Positions 38,092 to 50,563 of a stretch of 64,000 nucleotides of DNA are shown in pieces. The notes under the pieces were generated by a model. It saw only the letters and a list, made by a program, of their open reading frames with translations. It was not told the origin of the DNA and did no database searches. How positions within the stretch are numbered: the stretch's first letter is position 1; every line of letters begins with the position of its first letter. This stretch comes from Octopus vulgaris (lineage: Eukaryota): the NCBI GenBank assembly GCA_951406725.2, contig OX597822.1:21700001-21764000 (forward strand), written 5' to 3'. The translations under genes were made by a program, and so were the position numbers.

Positions 38092-38575
38092 CTATAGACA
38101 CCTGTTGGTAACTTTTCTCTCCCACCCATTTTTTAGGGGTTATTACCCATTTTTCTGGGCTCTCTTCACAGTTATATCCAGTTCAAAATTTGCATTAGTT
38201 TTTGTATGGAAAAAAAAGGAAGTGGAGGGTGCTTGTTTGTAGTTTGTAGAGAAAATGTTAAACATGCCTGAAAAACAACATGGTCTTTCCCACCAACTAA
38301 AAGACATGAAGAACTATCAAGCAAAGTGAATAAGTACTGGAGAATGGGGCAAAGAAGAGAGAACTAACACTGGATCCTTCTAGAACTCCCAGAATAGAAA
38401 CCTAAACACTAGAAAGACTTTCCCTCAATTCAGTCGCTTTCCCTCTTCTTCATTGTTAAAAGCAAAGAAGCTAGAAAAGACCGATCATATTTCAGTCAAA
38501 TTGTCATTTTAAATGACTGAGGCTTTCTTTTCCCTGGCTCTATCACTTCACTCCTTTTCTCTACAGTTAAGAGAG

Positions 38576-38901
38576 TGAAGGTGCATGGCCCAGTGGTTAG
38601 GGGTATTCAGCCCACAATCGTAAGCTTATGAGCACGATTCCCAGTGGTGTGTTGTGTTCTTGAGCAAGGTACTCTACTTCACCTTGCTGCACTCTACTCA
38701 GCTGGCAAAAATGAGTTGTAGCAGTAATTCAAAGGGGCCAGCCTTGTCACATTTTGTGTGAGGCTGAATCTCCCTGAGAATTACATTAATAGTATGCGTG
38801 TTTGTGGAGTACTCAACCGCATGCCCGTTAATTTTATGAGCAACACTGTTCCGTTGATCAGATAAACAGGAACCTTGTCGTCATAACTGATGGAATGCCA
38901 T
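38576..38901 (+). mobile_element. tRNA-derived SINE family D
   Basis: Head tggcccagtggttagg..gattccc; homologous to 39670-39812 and 47865-48176 (-). Confidence 0.75.
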
Positions 38902-39009
38902 TTTTTAAAAAAGACTATAAGAAAAAGAAATGTTCTATATCGTAATGCAAAAATGTCATATGTTTAATATCAGCAGTGAAAATGAAAAAAGATCCTATAC
39001 AGCCACAGA

Positions 39010-39413
39010 AGTGGCTGTGTGGTACGTAGCTTGCTTATCAACCACATGGTTCCAAGTTCAGTCCCACTGTGTGGCACCTTGGGCAAGTGTCTTCTACTAT
39101 AACCTCAGGCTGACCAAAGCCTTGTGAGTGGATTTGGTAGACAGAAACTGAAAGAAGCTAGTCATATATATGTATATATATATATGTGTGTATATATATA
39201 TATGTGTGTCTGTGTTTGTCCCCCCCCCCAACATCGTTGACAACAGATGCTGGTGTGTTTACGTCCCCATAACTTAGTGGTTCGGCAAAAGAGACCGATA
39301 GAATAAGTACTAGGCTTACAAAGAATAAGTCATGGGGTCGATTTGCTCGACTAAAGGCGGTGCTCCAGCATGGCCACAGTCAAATGACTGAAACAAATAA
39401 AAGAGTAAAAGAG
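39010..39413 (+). mobile_element. SINE family A, full length
   Basis: A/B-box-like head gtggctgtgtggta..gttcagtccc, internal (TA/TG)n, tail (aaaagagt)n. Confidence 0.9.
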
Positions 39414-41551
39414 TGAAAGTTAAGATGAAATAATTGCTATTCTGTCATGTAGTGACCTTTGCCCTTGACTCGTGCTCAGTTTGATAACAATAGCCTGTAC
39501 ATTGGTGTTTATCTGGGGTGGGGGGGGGGCTTGCCTCCAGGTCTGTGAGATCTACAAATGCTGCTGTTAGGATCGAATTAACACCTATAGTGACCCCAAT
39601 GACTAAAAAGATTTTCCTGTCCCTGAATAGGATCTTTTTTCGTTTTCTTCTAAACACTTGAAGGTTTATCTTGCTCCAGCTGGCCAAAATGAGTTGTAGC
39701 TGTTATTCAAAGGGGCCAGTCTTGTCATATTCTGTGTGAGGCTGAATCTCCCTGAGAACTACATTAATGGTATGCATGTCTGTGGAATACTCAACCACTT
39801 GTGCATTAATTTTATCCTTTTGTGGTAATGAAAAATGACATCCAGTATTTCCTTTAGTTATTTGTCTTTGATTTAACAATGTGTCTATGTATCAACTTTT
39901 CTTTTGATGCATGTATCAGTCTACTCTGAGAATACTGATAAGCATTTAAAAACACAAAACGAATGTCACCTCCCTTTCTGTCACCACTCACTGTCTCTCT
40001 CTTTCTCTCTCTCTCTTTGCCTCACTTCCTCTCTGTCCCTTTGCCACTCACTTTAACTAAACCTCCTCTGCTTAACACCATTTATTTCTTTTTCTTTGTA
40101 CCTCTTCCTTCAACCTTTTTACCTCTTGCTTTGAATAAGTGTGACACACACCTCAAGTATGTACGTAAAAAACAAAAGTTAGCATATTAATATTATTGAT
40201 ATTTATCCCCTCAAAATACTCAATTATTTTAGAAATTTATCAAAACACGGACTCAGAGTAAGAAATTAGCTCATAAAAATGTTACACTTTGCTAGTATGA
40301 CCCATTAATGAGCATAAATTTGTCCCATTGAATATTGGAAATGTCATCTCTTAAAATTCTGAAGTTTCCCTAACATTTCATTCTATTGAGACTCAATGAG
40401 CTCCACCATCACCACCACTATCATAATCATCTTATTCAATTTATGGTTGTTTTTCTAATCTAGCATAGAACCTTTTGCTAAATGATTATACATTATTTCT
40501 GTTGTGTTACAATAAGACACAGATACCCTCTCATTTTATATGGCAAAAAACAAGAAATTGGATTTGTCAGAGTATAAAGCTAAAGTATCTTAATTGCAGA
40601 GCAATTATATGAGTGGTTTACATTTCTGTACTTCTGTAATAAAAGAAGATACTGACTTTTAAGAAGGGTGTATACTCAAAGCGTGTTATGTATAACAAAG
40701 AAGTGTTACTAATTCAACTTGTTTTAGAGTTTCTATTTTAAATGTTCTGAGTATTTATAAACATAGAAATTTTAGTCTTTCAGACATACAGCATTTATTT
40801 TATAACAGAACAGTAGTTTGGTTTACTTTAGTATACTACTCAACACAGCTTGTTTCCATGCTTGCTGATTTCTTTGTGAAAAATACCTTTGTAGAAAATC
40901 ATTGGAGTAAATAGTTTGAGTAAAATAAATTTGTTTAACAGATTTATGATGACATCCATTGATCTGGTGGCCTTATAGCGAATCACTGATACGATTGGAA
41001 ATTGATATGTTGCAAAGTGGTTTACAGTTCTAGGATATAAAGATATTGATGTAATCTGAAGAAGGTTAGTGGTATGTAGTTATTGCGTAAGTAGCTGCAG
41101 CTGATACACTAACCCTCTGAAAAAAGATATCCTACTGATTGGCAGATCACTCACTAAAGCACCATAGCTACTAGTACACAAATATCTTTATCCTTACATA
41201 CTGCATTTATATGGTTTGTACTCTTCCCATTAATAAACAAACTGTGAACCATCTCCTAAATGTATTCAATTCACTTGTTTCATCAACTCCACCACTTCTC
41301 AATCTTTTGATGGCAGAGGCCACAAGCCCTGCTAGTTACTCCTTTTCTCCTCTTTGATTACAAACCGTTCTATACACTTTACTCAGTCATTTCAGTCAAA
41401 ATCTTTGGTTTCTATACAAATCTTTCCCAGCTCTCATTTCCCCACAGGAAGAAATCTACACAGGTTCATAGTGAACCTTAGCCATATTGAATGCACCAAA
41501 ATAGAAAGTTATCAAACATCATGATAATTTCTGTCTCCTCCATCTAAATAA

Positions 41552-41580
<29 letters not shown>

Positions 41581-41585
<5 letters not shown>

Positions 41586-42269
41586 AAGTCAAATTGCGAT
41601 AAAATAAAATTAATTATTATCGCTGGTATTTCTAGCACAAGCCATATATTATTCATATATCAGTACATTAAGGCGAAATATGTGCTAGAAACACAGAAGC
41701 TAGATAAATTTAGTGAAATGAAAATAAAAACATTTACTAACTCGGTTCCTCTTAGACTGCAGTTTCGTTCTTTTCAGTAATAAAGATAATTTATTTGCTC
41801 AGGGAGAATTCATCGGTAAGAGCCCTGTTGTTCTGAGATCCTAACTCACTAGAAGCATGTGCTTCTAATGATTTGCTCTCTCTAACTAATCAGATCACTG
41901 CGCAGACTCAGAACGTCCCGACAAAACTAGGGATTTCTGGTATATTGTCTAACGCTCAAAATTTATCGAGAAATATGTAAACAAGTCAAATTGCGATAAA
42001 ATAAAATTAATTATTATCGCTGGTATTTCTAGCACAAGCCATATATTATTCATATATCAGTACATTAAGGCGAAATATGTGCTAGAAACACAGAAGCTAG
42101 ATAAATTTAGTGAAATGAAAATAAAAACATTTACTAACTCGGTTCCTTAACTCACTAGAAACATGTGCTTCTAATGATTTGCTCTCTCTAACTAATCAGA
42201 TCACTGCGCAGACTCAGAACATCCCGACAAAACTAGGGATTTCTGGTATATTGTCTAACGCTCAAAATT
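41581..42269 (-). mobile_element. Tandem dimer of a 397-bp hammerhead-bearing unit in (TA)n (retrozyme- or pLTR-like)
   Basis: Units start at 41581 and 41978 and are nearly identical; the second lacks the 91 bp equivalent to 41751-41841. Confidence 0.85.
41749..41822 (-). ncRNA. Type-I hammerhead motif (C4 variant, long stem II)
   Basis: Reverse complement ctctta-CCGATGA-attct..agaac-GAAA-CTGCAG-TC-taagag; 6-bp stem I, palindromic ACTGCAGT, GUC cleavage triplet. Confidence 0.72.
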
Positions 42270-42276
42270 ATTAAGG

Positions 42277-42312
<36 letters not shown>

Positions 42313-42828
42313 TATATAATAAAGATGATTTTTATTATATATGATATAACAATCTGAAATGTAATTATAAATTGGTCTATGCAAATTTATATAATTAGAA
42401 AATAATATAAATAAAGTGTTAAAATCTGAAAGTTAAGTTAACAAACAATTATATAAAAAGATAATGCAAATGAAGCTAAAATGAGAATTTTATAATTTGG
42501 GGTTTATTAGCAGCCTTTATTGCAGGGGAGTTTGAGAAGCACAAATTGAAGAACTCAAAAGAGTTGTCTCCCCTTATTCACAACACAGGAACTGAAGAAC
42601 CACAATTACTACTACTTCCTGTTTTGCCAACATCCTTAATTAAACCAAACAACACATGATCTTAATCCCATTGGATCCAAATAAAGGTACCTCAACACTC
42701 AAGATACACAAAGAATTCACAATGGAGTATTATTAATTTTTGTACATATTTATTATTATTCTTTTGCAAAAAACAATGCAACTTTCTTTTTTCCCCTTTC
42801 TCACTGTTAAAAAATTTTTTTACCTAAC

Positions 42829-42870
42829 TATTCTTGATAAGTCACATTATAACGAAAACCGGTTTGAATA
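42829..42870 (+). ncRNA. Hammerhead candidate with U3-A8 core
   Basis: tattc-TTGATAA-gt..ac-GAAA-ACCGGT-TT-gaata; stem II weak. Confidence 0.55.
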
Positions 42871-42955
42871 AATATATATTTATATATTTTATCAATTTCT
42901 CATTTCATTAAAATTTTCTTTCAATTTAGCATTCTGCATTTTTATAATTTTCCCT

Positions 42956-42987
<32 letters not shown>

Positions 42988-43286
42988 CATATATATATAT
43001 AAGGGGCAAGTACCCTGAAACTAGTCTGCAGATGCTTGACCAGCAAGGGGAAGCAGCTGACCTCCCCTGTTCAAAGGTTATAATGGACACAGCTTCATGT
43101 GTCACATAGTAGCTAGAGGTGATGGCCTCTTGGAGCCAATCAACGGCAGCATTTGTCCTATATTTCTGGACTGCCATATTAGCTTGGCGATAACTATTAA
43201 TATCCAGTACCGCTGACCGTAGTCTCCTTTAGAGAGACTTACAAATTTTAATACACATACATGCACACACACACACACACGCACGT

Positions 43287-43333
<47 letters not shown>

Positions 43334-45388
43334 TATGGGTGGAATTTTAGAGCTGGATGTCTTTCTATCACAAAATTTATCTGTTTGCAAGTAAAGAGTA
43401 TTTAATCTGCTGATCTCTCTAAAGTATAGAACAGCTTCATGCATTGTTTACAGGGAATTAAACCTGACATCATCGCCTTTTGCTCAGGCACTCATGGAAT
43501 AACAACAATCACAAATGGTACATGAATAGGTATATGCATACATACACACATACATGTTTGTGTGTATATATTTTGTGAGTTACATAGCAACCTCATTAGT
43601 CCTGGTGGCATATAAAAAGCACCCAATACACTCTATAAAATAGTAGGCTTTAGGAAGGGTATCCAGTTGTAGAATCCACATCGAAGCAGATATCGTAGTT
43701 CTCCCAGTCATTGGATTGTATCATGCCATTCACCCCATGCTGGCATAGTGACAGACATTAATTGATGATAATATACTTCAGTATTACAGTATTAAGAAGT
43801 AATCCTTTGAAATGAGAGGGGCTGACTTGAAAATATCAGCAGAAATTTATGAGAAGTAGTTCAATCTTTACAGAATGTTATGTCTTAATCAAGAGAAAAT
43901 AAATAATGAATACAGAAATAAATAAGGTAAAGAAGCAGGAATAATTTTGCAATCAAGTGATAAATTGTCTGTTGGATTATCAATCTGATATAATTTTCTT
44001 TGAAATGAAATAAGGGATACGGATGTGTTGACATTAAAGTGTTGCATAGATTAAATATTGATAAAGTTGGGGTTTCATTATTACCAGATGGGAGTTATTT
44101 AATTAAGAGATAAAAACAGGTGATGAGAGAGACAAATATTCAAAGCACAAAGCAGACATTGTTAGTTATCTGTTACAAGATATATAAATATATAAAATGT
44201 TCCCAAATGAGAGTTTGGTTTAAAAAAAATGATGGGTAGCATAGGGAGGTAGCAGTGAACATTCTGAGAATTAGGAAGAAGAAAAAGAGGAAGAAACAGA
44301 AAAGGAGGAGGAGGCAGCAGTGACATTGCTATATACGCAATAGGGACATTTGTACATTTTGATAAACAAATGACAGCTTCTGTGGTCACACAGACTGCTC
44401 GAAGTAGCAACTAAATCTTCTTCAAATCGCACACTTAGAAAATGTAAGGACTCATTGGATACTGTAGTTCTAGATACATTGTCTAAGGGGAAAAATGAAA
44501 GGATTGTCATGGCTAGATTGCCTTTGGTCATAGATTTTTAGTACCATTGCTAATCTAAAGCTAAACAACAATGACAGCAAAAATAATTGTACATTTTGAA
44601 GATACACTGAAACAGTTATGTTCTTCAGAAAATTTTTAACTAACATTTTCAGTTAAAATATTCAATAATAGGTAATTCATTTCACTCTAAGTCACAACAA
44701 AATAAAACTTCTCTTTTACCCCTCCTTAATTATAGTATTTTTCCTCCCTGATATTTTATCTCCCCTATATGTTAAATATATTTTTACGTCTCTATTGAAA
44801 ATAACAATTTTCTTTCTTGATTTTACCTCTTGCTGAAAAGGAAGTTATTTTTCTCCATCAGAAAAACAATCAGTTATACATCACCTCTCTATTTATTATT
44901 CCTGATGAACTATGTCACCCCGACAACATATTTTCCCATCAACTGTACTGAACTCACAAGAACACAAAGTTTGCAAGGATTATGAGCACTTCACCTCTTA
45001 TTAGATAATAATTTTGTAATCATACATACATCATCATCGTCATTCTTATCATCCACTTTTCCATGTTTGTGGAATTTACTGAGGCAAAATTTCTATCCTT
45101 CCTGTCGCCAACCCACACTTGTTTCTAAGAAAAGGTAATGTTTCCTGTAGCCATACATATTTTTCATGAAAGACTGGATATGAATGATATCACTTCTATG
45201 ATAGTATTACACGCTTTCAGCTATCACATGACATCAAGGCAAGAGTGCACATAAACACACGCACACATACCAGGCTTCCATCAGCCTCTGCCTATGAAAT
45301 TGAACTCAGCCCAAGAAGACAAAAGCTGAAGTTGTCACACATTGAGGTTGAACTTGAGACTAAACAGTTAACCTTACAAACATGCCAC

Positions 45389-45436
<48 letters not shown>

Positions 45437-45440
<4 letters not shown>

Positions 45441-45615
45441 AGAATTCACAAACAAACAAAAGATGAAGACAGGTGGTGTAGAAAACAAACAGATGTATTA
45501 GTATGTTGCTCGGTAATTGAAAATGGCTTTAACATTTCGAGTCTCCACTCTTCCACAGAAAGGAACACAGAAAGAAACAAGGAGAGAAAAAAATGTGTGT
45601 AGTGACTAACGATCT

Positions 45616-45620
<5 letters not shown>
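45437..45620 (-). mobile_element. Hammerhead-bearing element, copy 3 (motif 45527-45562)
   Basis: Reverse complement cttt-CTGTGGA-a-GAGT-ggag-ACTC-GAAA-TG-TT-aaag; flanked by (TA)n on both sides. Confidence 0.72.
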
Positions 45621-45646
<26 letters not shown>

Positions 45647-45951
45647 GGAGGCGCAATGGCCCAGTGGTAAGGGCAGCGGACTTGCAGTCATAGGATCGAG
45701 GTTTTGATTCCCAGACTGGGCGTTGTGAGTGTTTATTGAGTGAAAACACCTAAAGCTCCACGAGACTCCGGCAGGGGGTGGTGGCGATCCCTGCTGTATC
45801 TTTTGCCACAACTTTCTCTCACTCTTTCTTCTGTTGGCCTGCTCACTTAGCCAGCAGGGTGGCGTCATTTGAAGGCTAAAACAATGCCAAGACGCATTGT
45901 GACCAGTGATGTGTAGCAACATCTGATAGCCTGGTCGGTCATGTGATCACA

Positions 45952-45954
<3 letters not shown>
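45647..45954 (+). mobile_element. tRNA-derived SINE family C
   Basis: Head ggaggcgcaatggcccagtggtaagggcagcggac..gattccc, tail (tcacatga)-like, inserted in (TA)n. Confidence 0.88.
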
Positions 45955-46003
<49 letters not shown>

Positions 46004-46007
<4 letters not shown>

Positions 46008-46525
46008 GAAGGTTTGAAAATGCAATTTTAAAAGATGTTTATTTAATTTACCAGTTTCACTCTTTGGAAAAAGATTGTCAAAAGTAACATGTAGAAGTTT
46101 GGTTGCGTTAATTATTGGTTGTTACAAAAGGCTACATTACATATATACAGTCTTTGGTAACAAGGACATGTTAAGGACATGAAAAAGTTTAACAAGTTCC
46201 TTAAAATATTGGGCACAAAAGATTACAACATAAATAGACATTCTCAAGAACATGTTAAAGATAGTTTCCAGAAGGAATTATTAAAAAGTTCAGTGGGATA
46301 TTGGTATTGTATCTGTATATTCAAGCACACACAGAATATTGGTTGACACAGAGTACTACAATACATATATATACATTCTTTGGTGACAAGAGCATGTTAA
46401 GAACATAAAAAAGTTTAACAAGTTCATTGAAATATTGGGCACAAAAGATTACAACAAATATATACATTCTCAAGATAATTTCCAGAAGGAATTATTAAAA
46501 AGTTCAGTGGAATATTGGTATACAC
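46004..46525 (-). mobile_element. PLE-terminus-like remnant with internal direct repeat (46137-46308 and 46362-46521) and a decayed hammerhead at ~46044-46086
   Basis: Direct repeat visible; reverse complement tactt-TTGACAA-tcttt-ttcc-aaaga-gt-GAAA-CTGG-TA-aatta. Confidence 0.5.
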
Positions 46526-46638
46526 ACACACAATGTTATGGTGGACAGCTCAGTTTTAGCTTCCCTACTATTATAATGTAAACCTTTTTGAACTCATAAT
46601 ATAATTCCACCCGTGCGGTACCCTACAACTCCACTTTG

Positions 46639-46708
<70 letters not shown>

Positions 46709-47336
46709 TGGGCCAAAAGCCATGCATAAAATAAGTACAATAAGCTTTGGAATTGTGAAAGACATGCTTCAATTTTTCTTAAATTAAATTAAATAAATAA
46801 AATCATAATGAATACATATGTACTTCTACATGATGAAGAGAATGAATAATGATAAGATAATATAAATAAAATTTCAGATGTTTTGGTGCATGACTTTTGA
46901 CTGACCCAGTACACAACACACACACACACACACATGCATGTGCAAGCGTGCACACAGACACTAGCTAACATAACAATTATGAAAGTATTCTGGCTAGTTT
47001 GTGTGTGAATATGCTAATATCTATCTCATTTCATCACAGAAAAACTTCTCCTCCTTTCAGATAAGTGTGTGCTCATAACACATTGAATTCATGAGTGCAA
47101 GGGGTTTTTTTTTTTTTGGGATACATGGTGCTTCAGCATCATTGTGTTTCAACAGCCAAAGGCATCATGGACAAATGTATCTAGCAAGTGATTGTAGCTC
47201 TTGTTTATCAGTTTAGCAAGCAAACTATTTTGCTGATGTGTGCCAATATCTGCCAAGTGATAATAAATCTTCTTGTGTACAGTGAACAATAAAAACCAAA
47301 ATTATGACTTCGATATTCATTCTTAATACATTTCAG

Positions 47337-47458
47337 CAAAATTGAATGTGAATATGTAGTTGCTTTTGTGTTCCATCATTGGAGAACAACTCTTTCCAGA
47401 AGAATAAGTCTTCATGACACACTCAATTCATTAGCGCAAAGTGACTTTGGGGTACCTG
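47337..47458 (+). CDS. Probable coding exon (122 nt, phase 2 to 1)
   Basis: Acceptor tcattcttaatacatttcag, open frame KIECEYVVAFVFHHWRTTLSRRISLHDTLNSLAQSDFGVP, donor ctg|gtattg; bridges the phases of exons 29355 and 50260. Confidence 0.5.
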
Positions 47459-47718
47459 GTATTGTGACATCACCTTTTGTTAGATTCATTAGAATGAGGT
47501 GCCTATGACTGGCAAGACACAACAATGTCACTAGGTGTCCCGAATTCCTTTACACTATGGAATGAAGTGTGTTATGAAGACACATTCGTTTGAATGGAGA
47601 ATTTGTTCTCCAATGATGAAACAATAGTAATTATCTTATTCTTGTTAAAACCTGCCAGAATGTATGAAGGAATATAGAAGTCATTGTCTTGATTCTCACT
47701 GTGCACATGACAATTTAT

Positions 47719-47756
<38 letters not shown>

Positions 47757-47864
47757 GATCAGACTGGAGCCTGGTGCAGCTTCCTGGCTTCACAGACCCC
47801 GGTCGAACCATCCAACTCATGCTAGCATGGAAAATGGATGTTAAACGATGATGATGATGATAGG

Positions 47865-48176
47865 AGCACTCCGTCGGTTGCAACAACGAGGGTCCTAGCT
47901 GATACGATCAACAGAATAGCTTGCTCATGAAATTAACGTGCAAGTGGCTGAGCACTCCACAAACACATGTACCCTTCATGTAGATCTCGGGCCGATTCAA
48001 CATGACACAGTGTGACAAGGCTGGCCCTTTGAAATACAGGCACTACTCATTTTTGCCAGCTGAGTGCACTGGAGCAATGTGAAATAAATTGTTTTGCTCA
48101 AGGACACAACACGCTGCCGGGAATTGAACTCATGATCATGACCTGAATGCCTTTAACCACTAAGCCACACACCGTC
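47865..48176 (-). mobile_element. SINE family D, abutting an RTE tail at 47757-47862 (+)
   Basis: Reverse complement of the family at 38576-38901. Confidence 0.8.
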
Positions 48177-48179
48177 ACA

Positions 48180-48218
48180 CACATATATATATATATATTT
48201 ATGTATATATATATATGC

Positions 48219-48260
<42 letters not shown>

Positions 48261-48562
48261 GCATATATGTATGTATATATGTATATATGTAGGTATATAT
48301 TTATGTATATATGTATATATGTATGTATGTATATTTATATATTTATGTATACATATATGTATGTATATATATATGTATGTGTATATATGTTTATATGTAT
48401 ATATATATATGTATGTATATATGTATGTATATATATATATACATATGTATATATATATGTATGTATGTATGTATATATATATATATGTATGGATGTTATA
48501 TATATGTATATATATATATATGTATATATATGTATGGCTGTATGTATGTATATGTATATACA
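48180..48562. repeat. Compound (TA)n/(TATG)n microsatellite
   Basis: Directly visible. Confidence 0.95.
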
Positions 48563-48565
48563 TAA

Positions 48566-49131
48566 AAATTAAGTGAATGAGATAAAAAATCTAAGGCTGT
48601 GAATAGTTTTCAGAACATTTATAAAGGGAAGGATTTCCCTTCATCATAGACAGTGCGAGAAAATGTTCAAGAAATAATAGTTATTATAGAGAAGGTATGA
48701 AATACAAAGTAGAGGAATGAAAACAGACATGAGATACGTAAGGATATTGTATCTGAAGTTCCATTATTTAAGCAGAAGTATGTATATATAAGTTGTATAA
48801 ATATACACATTATATATGTGTATATATAATGTGTATATATAACTTTGGAACTCACACACTAGGTAGAGGAAACTTATATATATATATACGCCATTCTGCT
48901 TAAATAATGGAACTGCTGATACAATATCCTTACATGTCTTACGTCTGTGTTTATTCCTCCCCTTCACTCTGTATTTCATATCTTCTCTATAATAACTATT
49001 ACTTAAACATTTTCTCGCACTATCTCTGATGAAGGGATATATAAAATATCCTGGAAACAGCTGTAAGACCTCTTTATAAACGTTCTGAAAACTATTCACT
49101 GCCTTGGATTTTTTATCTCATTCTGTTAATT
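48566..49131. mobile_element. Fold-back PLE terminal remnant
   Basis: Inverted arms ~48566-48795 and ~48871-49131. Confidence 0.8.
49022..49069 (+). ncRNA. Type-I hammerhead motif, canonical core
   Basis: atct-CTGATGA-a-GGGATAT-ataaa-ATATCCT-g-GAAA-CAGCTG-TA-agac; palindromic ACAGCTGT. Confidence 0.72.
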
Positions 49132-49260
49132 TCTTTGCGTTGGACTCCTCATTCATATTATTATTGAACCTGGAGCTTAAGTATAGTCTGTCCACAGCAC
49201 TGACTCAGCTCTGGGTCTTCTTGACACTAATACCTCTCATTTCCTTTATATATATATATA

Positions 49261-49408
49261 TATTACTCTTATTCAAGAATGTTGCTAACAGTGACTTTTG
49301 AAGTTACAGCCAGCTAAACCATCATCGGACTGCTGTCCCACAACAGCTTAGCTGACTGAAACATTGATCGAATCACTGTCAACAACATTCTTGTATAAGA
49401 GTAGTAAA
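49261..49408. repeat. ~150-bp imperfect hairpin element
   Basis: ttactcttattcaagaatgttgctaacagtga pairs with tcactgtcaacaacattcttgtataagagtag; inner cagccagctaa/ttagctgactg. Confidence 0.7.
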
Positions 49409-49459
49409 TCTGTATTCTATTAAAGTATAGAGCTACCCACAGAATTAAGTAAAATTGTT

Positions 49460-49736
49460 TAGCGCCGCCCCGACTGGCCTCCGTGCCGGTAGCACGTAAA
49501 AAGCACCATCCGATCGTAGCCGTTTGCCAGCACCGTCTGGCACCTGTGCCAGTGGCACGTAAAATGCACCCACTACACTCATGGAGTGGTTGGCATTAGG
49601 AAGGGCATCCAGCCATAGAAATATTGCCAGATCAGACTGGGCCTGGTGCAGCCTTCTGGCTTCCCAGACCCCAGTTGAATCGTCCATACCATGCTAAAAG
49701 GAAAACGGACGCTAAATGATGATGATGATGATGATG
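49460..49736 (+). mobile_element. RTE 3' UTR with (GAT)n tail
   Basis: Reverse complement of 22427-22700. Confidence 0.85.
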
Positions 49737-49755
49737 AACATAAAAACAAACATTA

Positions 49756-49793
<38 letters not shown>

Positions 49794-50259
49794 ACACAGA
49801 CGTGTACGTTCATTCCTTTTTGTAAACTGTTTTACTGGATGCAGATTATGTTGATGCTGGATGCTCTTCATATCACCAGCCCTTACTTTTCTTTCAAGTA
49901 TAATAATTCTATTCCACTTATCCTCAAAAGAGCAAAAATGACAATGTATTTTCTCCAAGGAATGTAAAACATGGTACCCTCACTCTTACTCTAACAATGA
50001 CACATAGAAGAACAACAATTATGTACAGACACATATACACACAGATACACATTCTCAGCATGCATCTATGTTATTTCTTATTATTTTAAAATCATTTTAT
50101 GCCACAATAAAAATCATGTCATGAGTTACAAGTCTCCAATGGGTGAAGTGCTGGTTCATGATATTTCTGATAGCAACACTGGCAAGGGAGTGTCAGTAAC
50201 TCAGTGTAGAGGAAATATCTGAAATGACTTCATTTGGAAAGAATTCTTTTTGTTTTCAG

Positions 50260-50300
50260 ATTTTCAGCTTATGTTTAGATCCTTCTCTGTAACAACCAAG
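50260..50300 (+). CDS. Probable 41-nt coding exon (phase 1 to 0; DFQLMFRSFSVTTK)
   Basis: Strong acceptor ttctttttgttttcag and donor aag|gtaaga; only one frame is open and it matches both neighbours. Confidence 0.58.
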
Positions 50301-50308
50301 GTAAGATA

Positions 50309-50391
<83 letters not shown>

Positions 50392-50563
50392 AGGTTTGCA
50401 GATGATGTACATGTATTTTATATAAGAAGAAATGAGGTACTCAGAAATTCGGATAGTTTTATATTTACAGATATTTATTTGTATATTTCATGTTTTTATA
50501 CATCATATAACTTAGATCATATATTAGTGCTTTCTCCCATTCTGGTGGGGTTTTCAAATCAAA

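Noticed and set aside
40809-41064. Two exon-like segments after ttttataacag and tttgtttaacag
   Set aside because: Joining either to the upstream TG-ending exon creates TGA, and the second has stops in all three frames.
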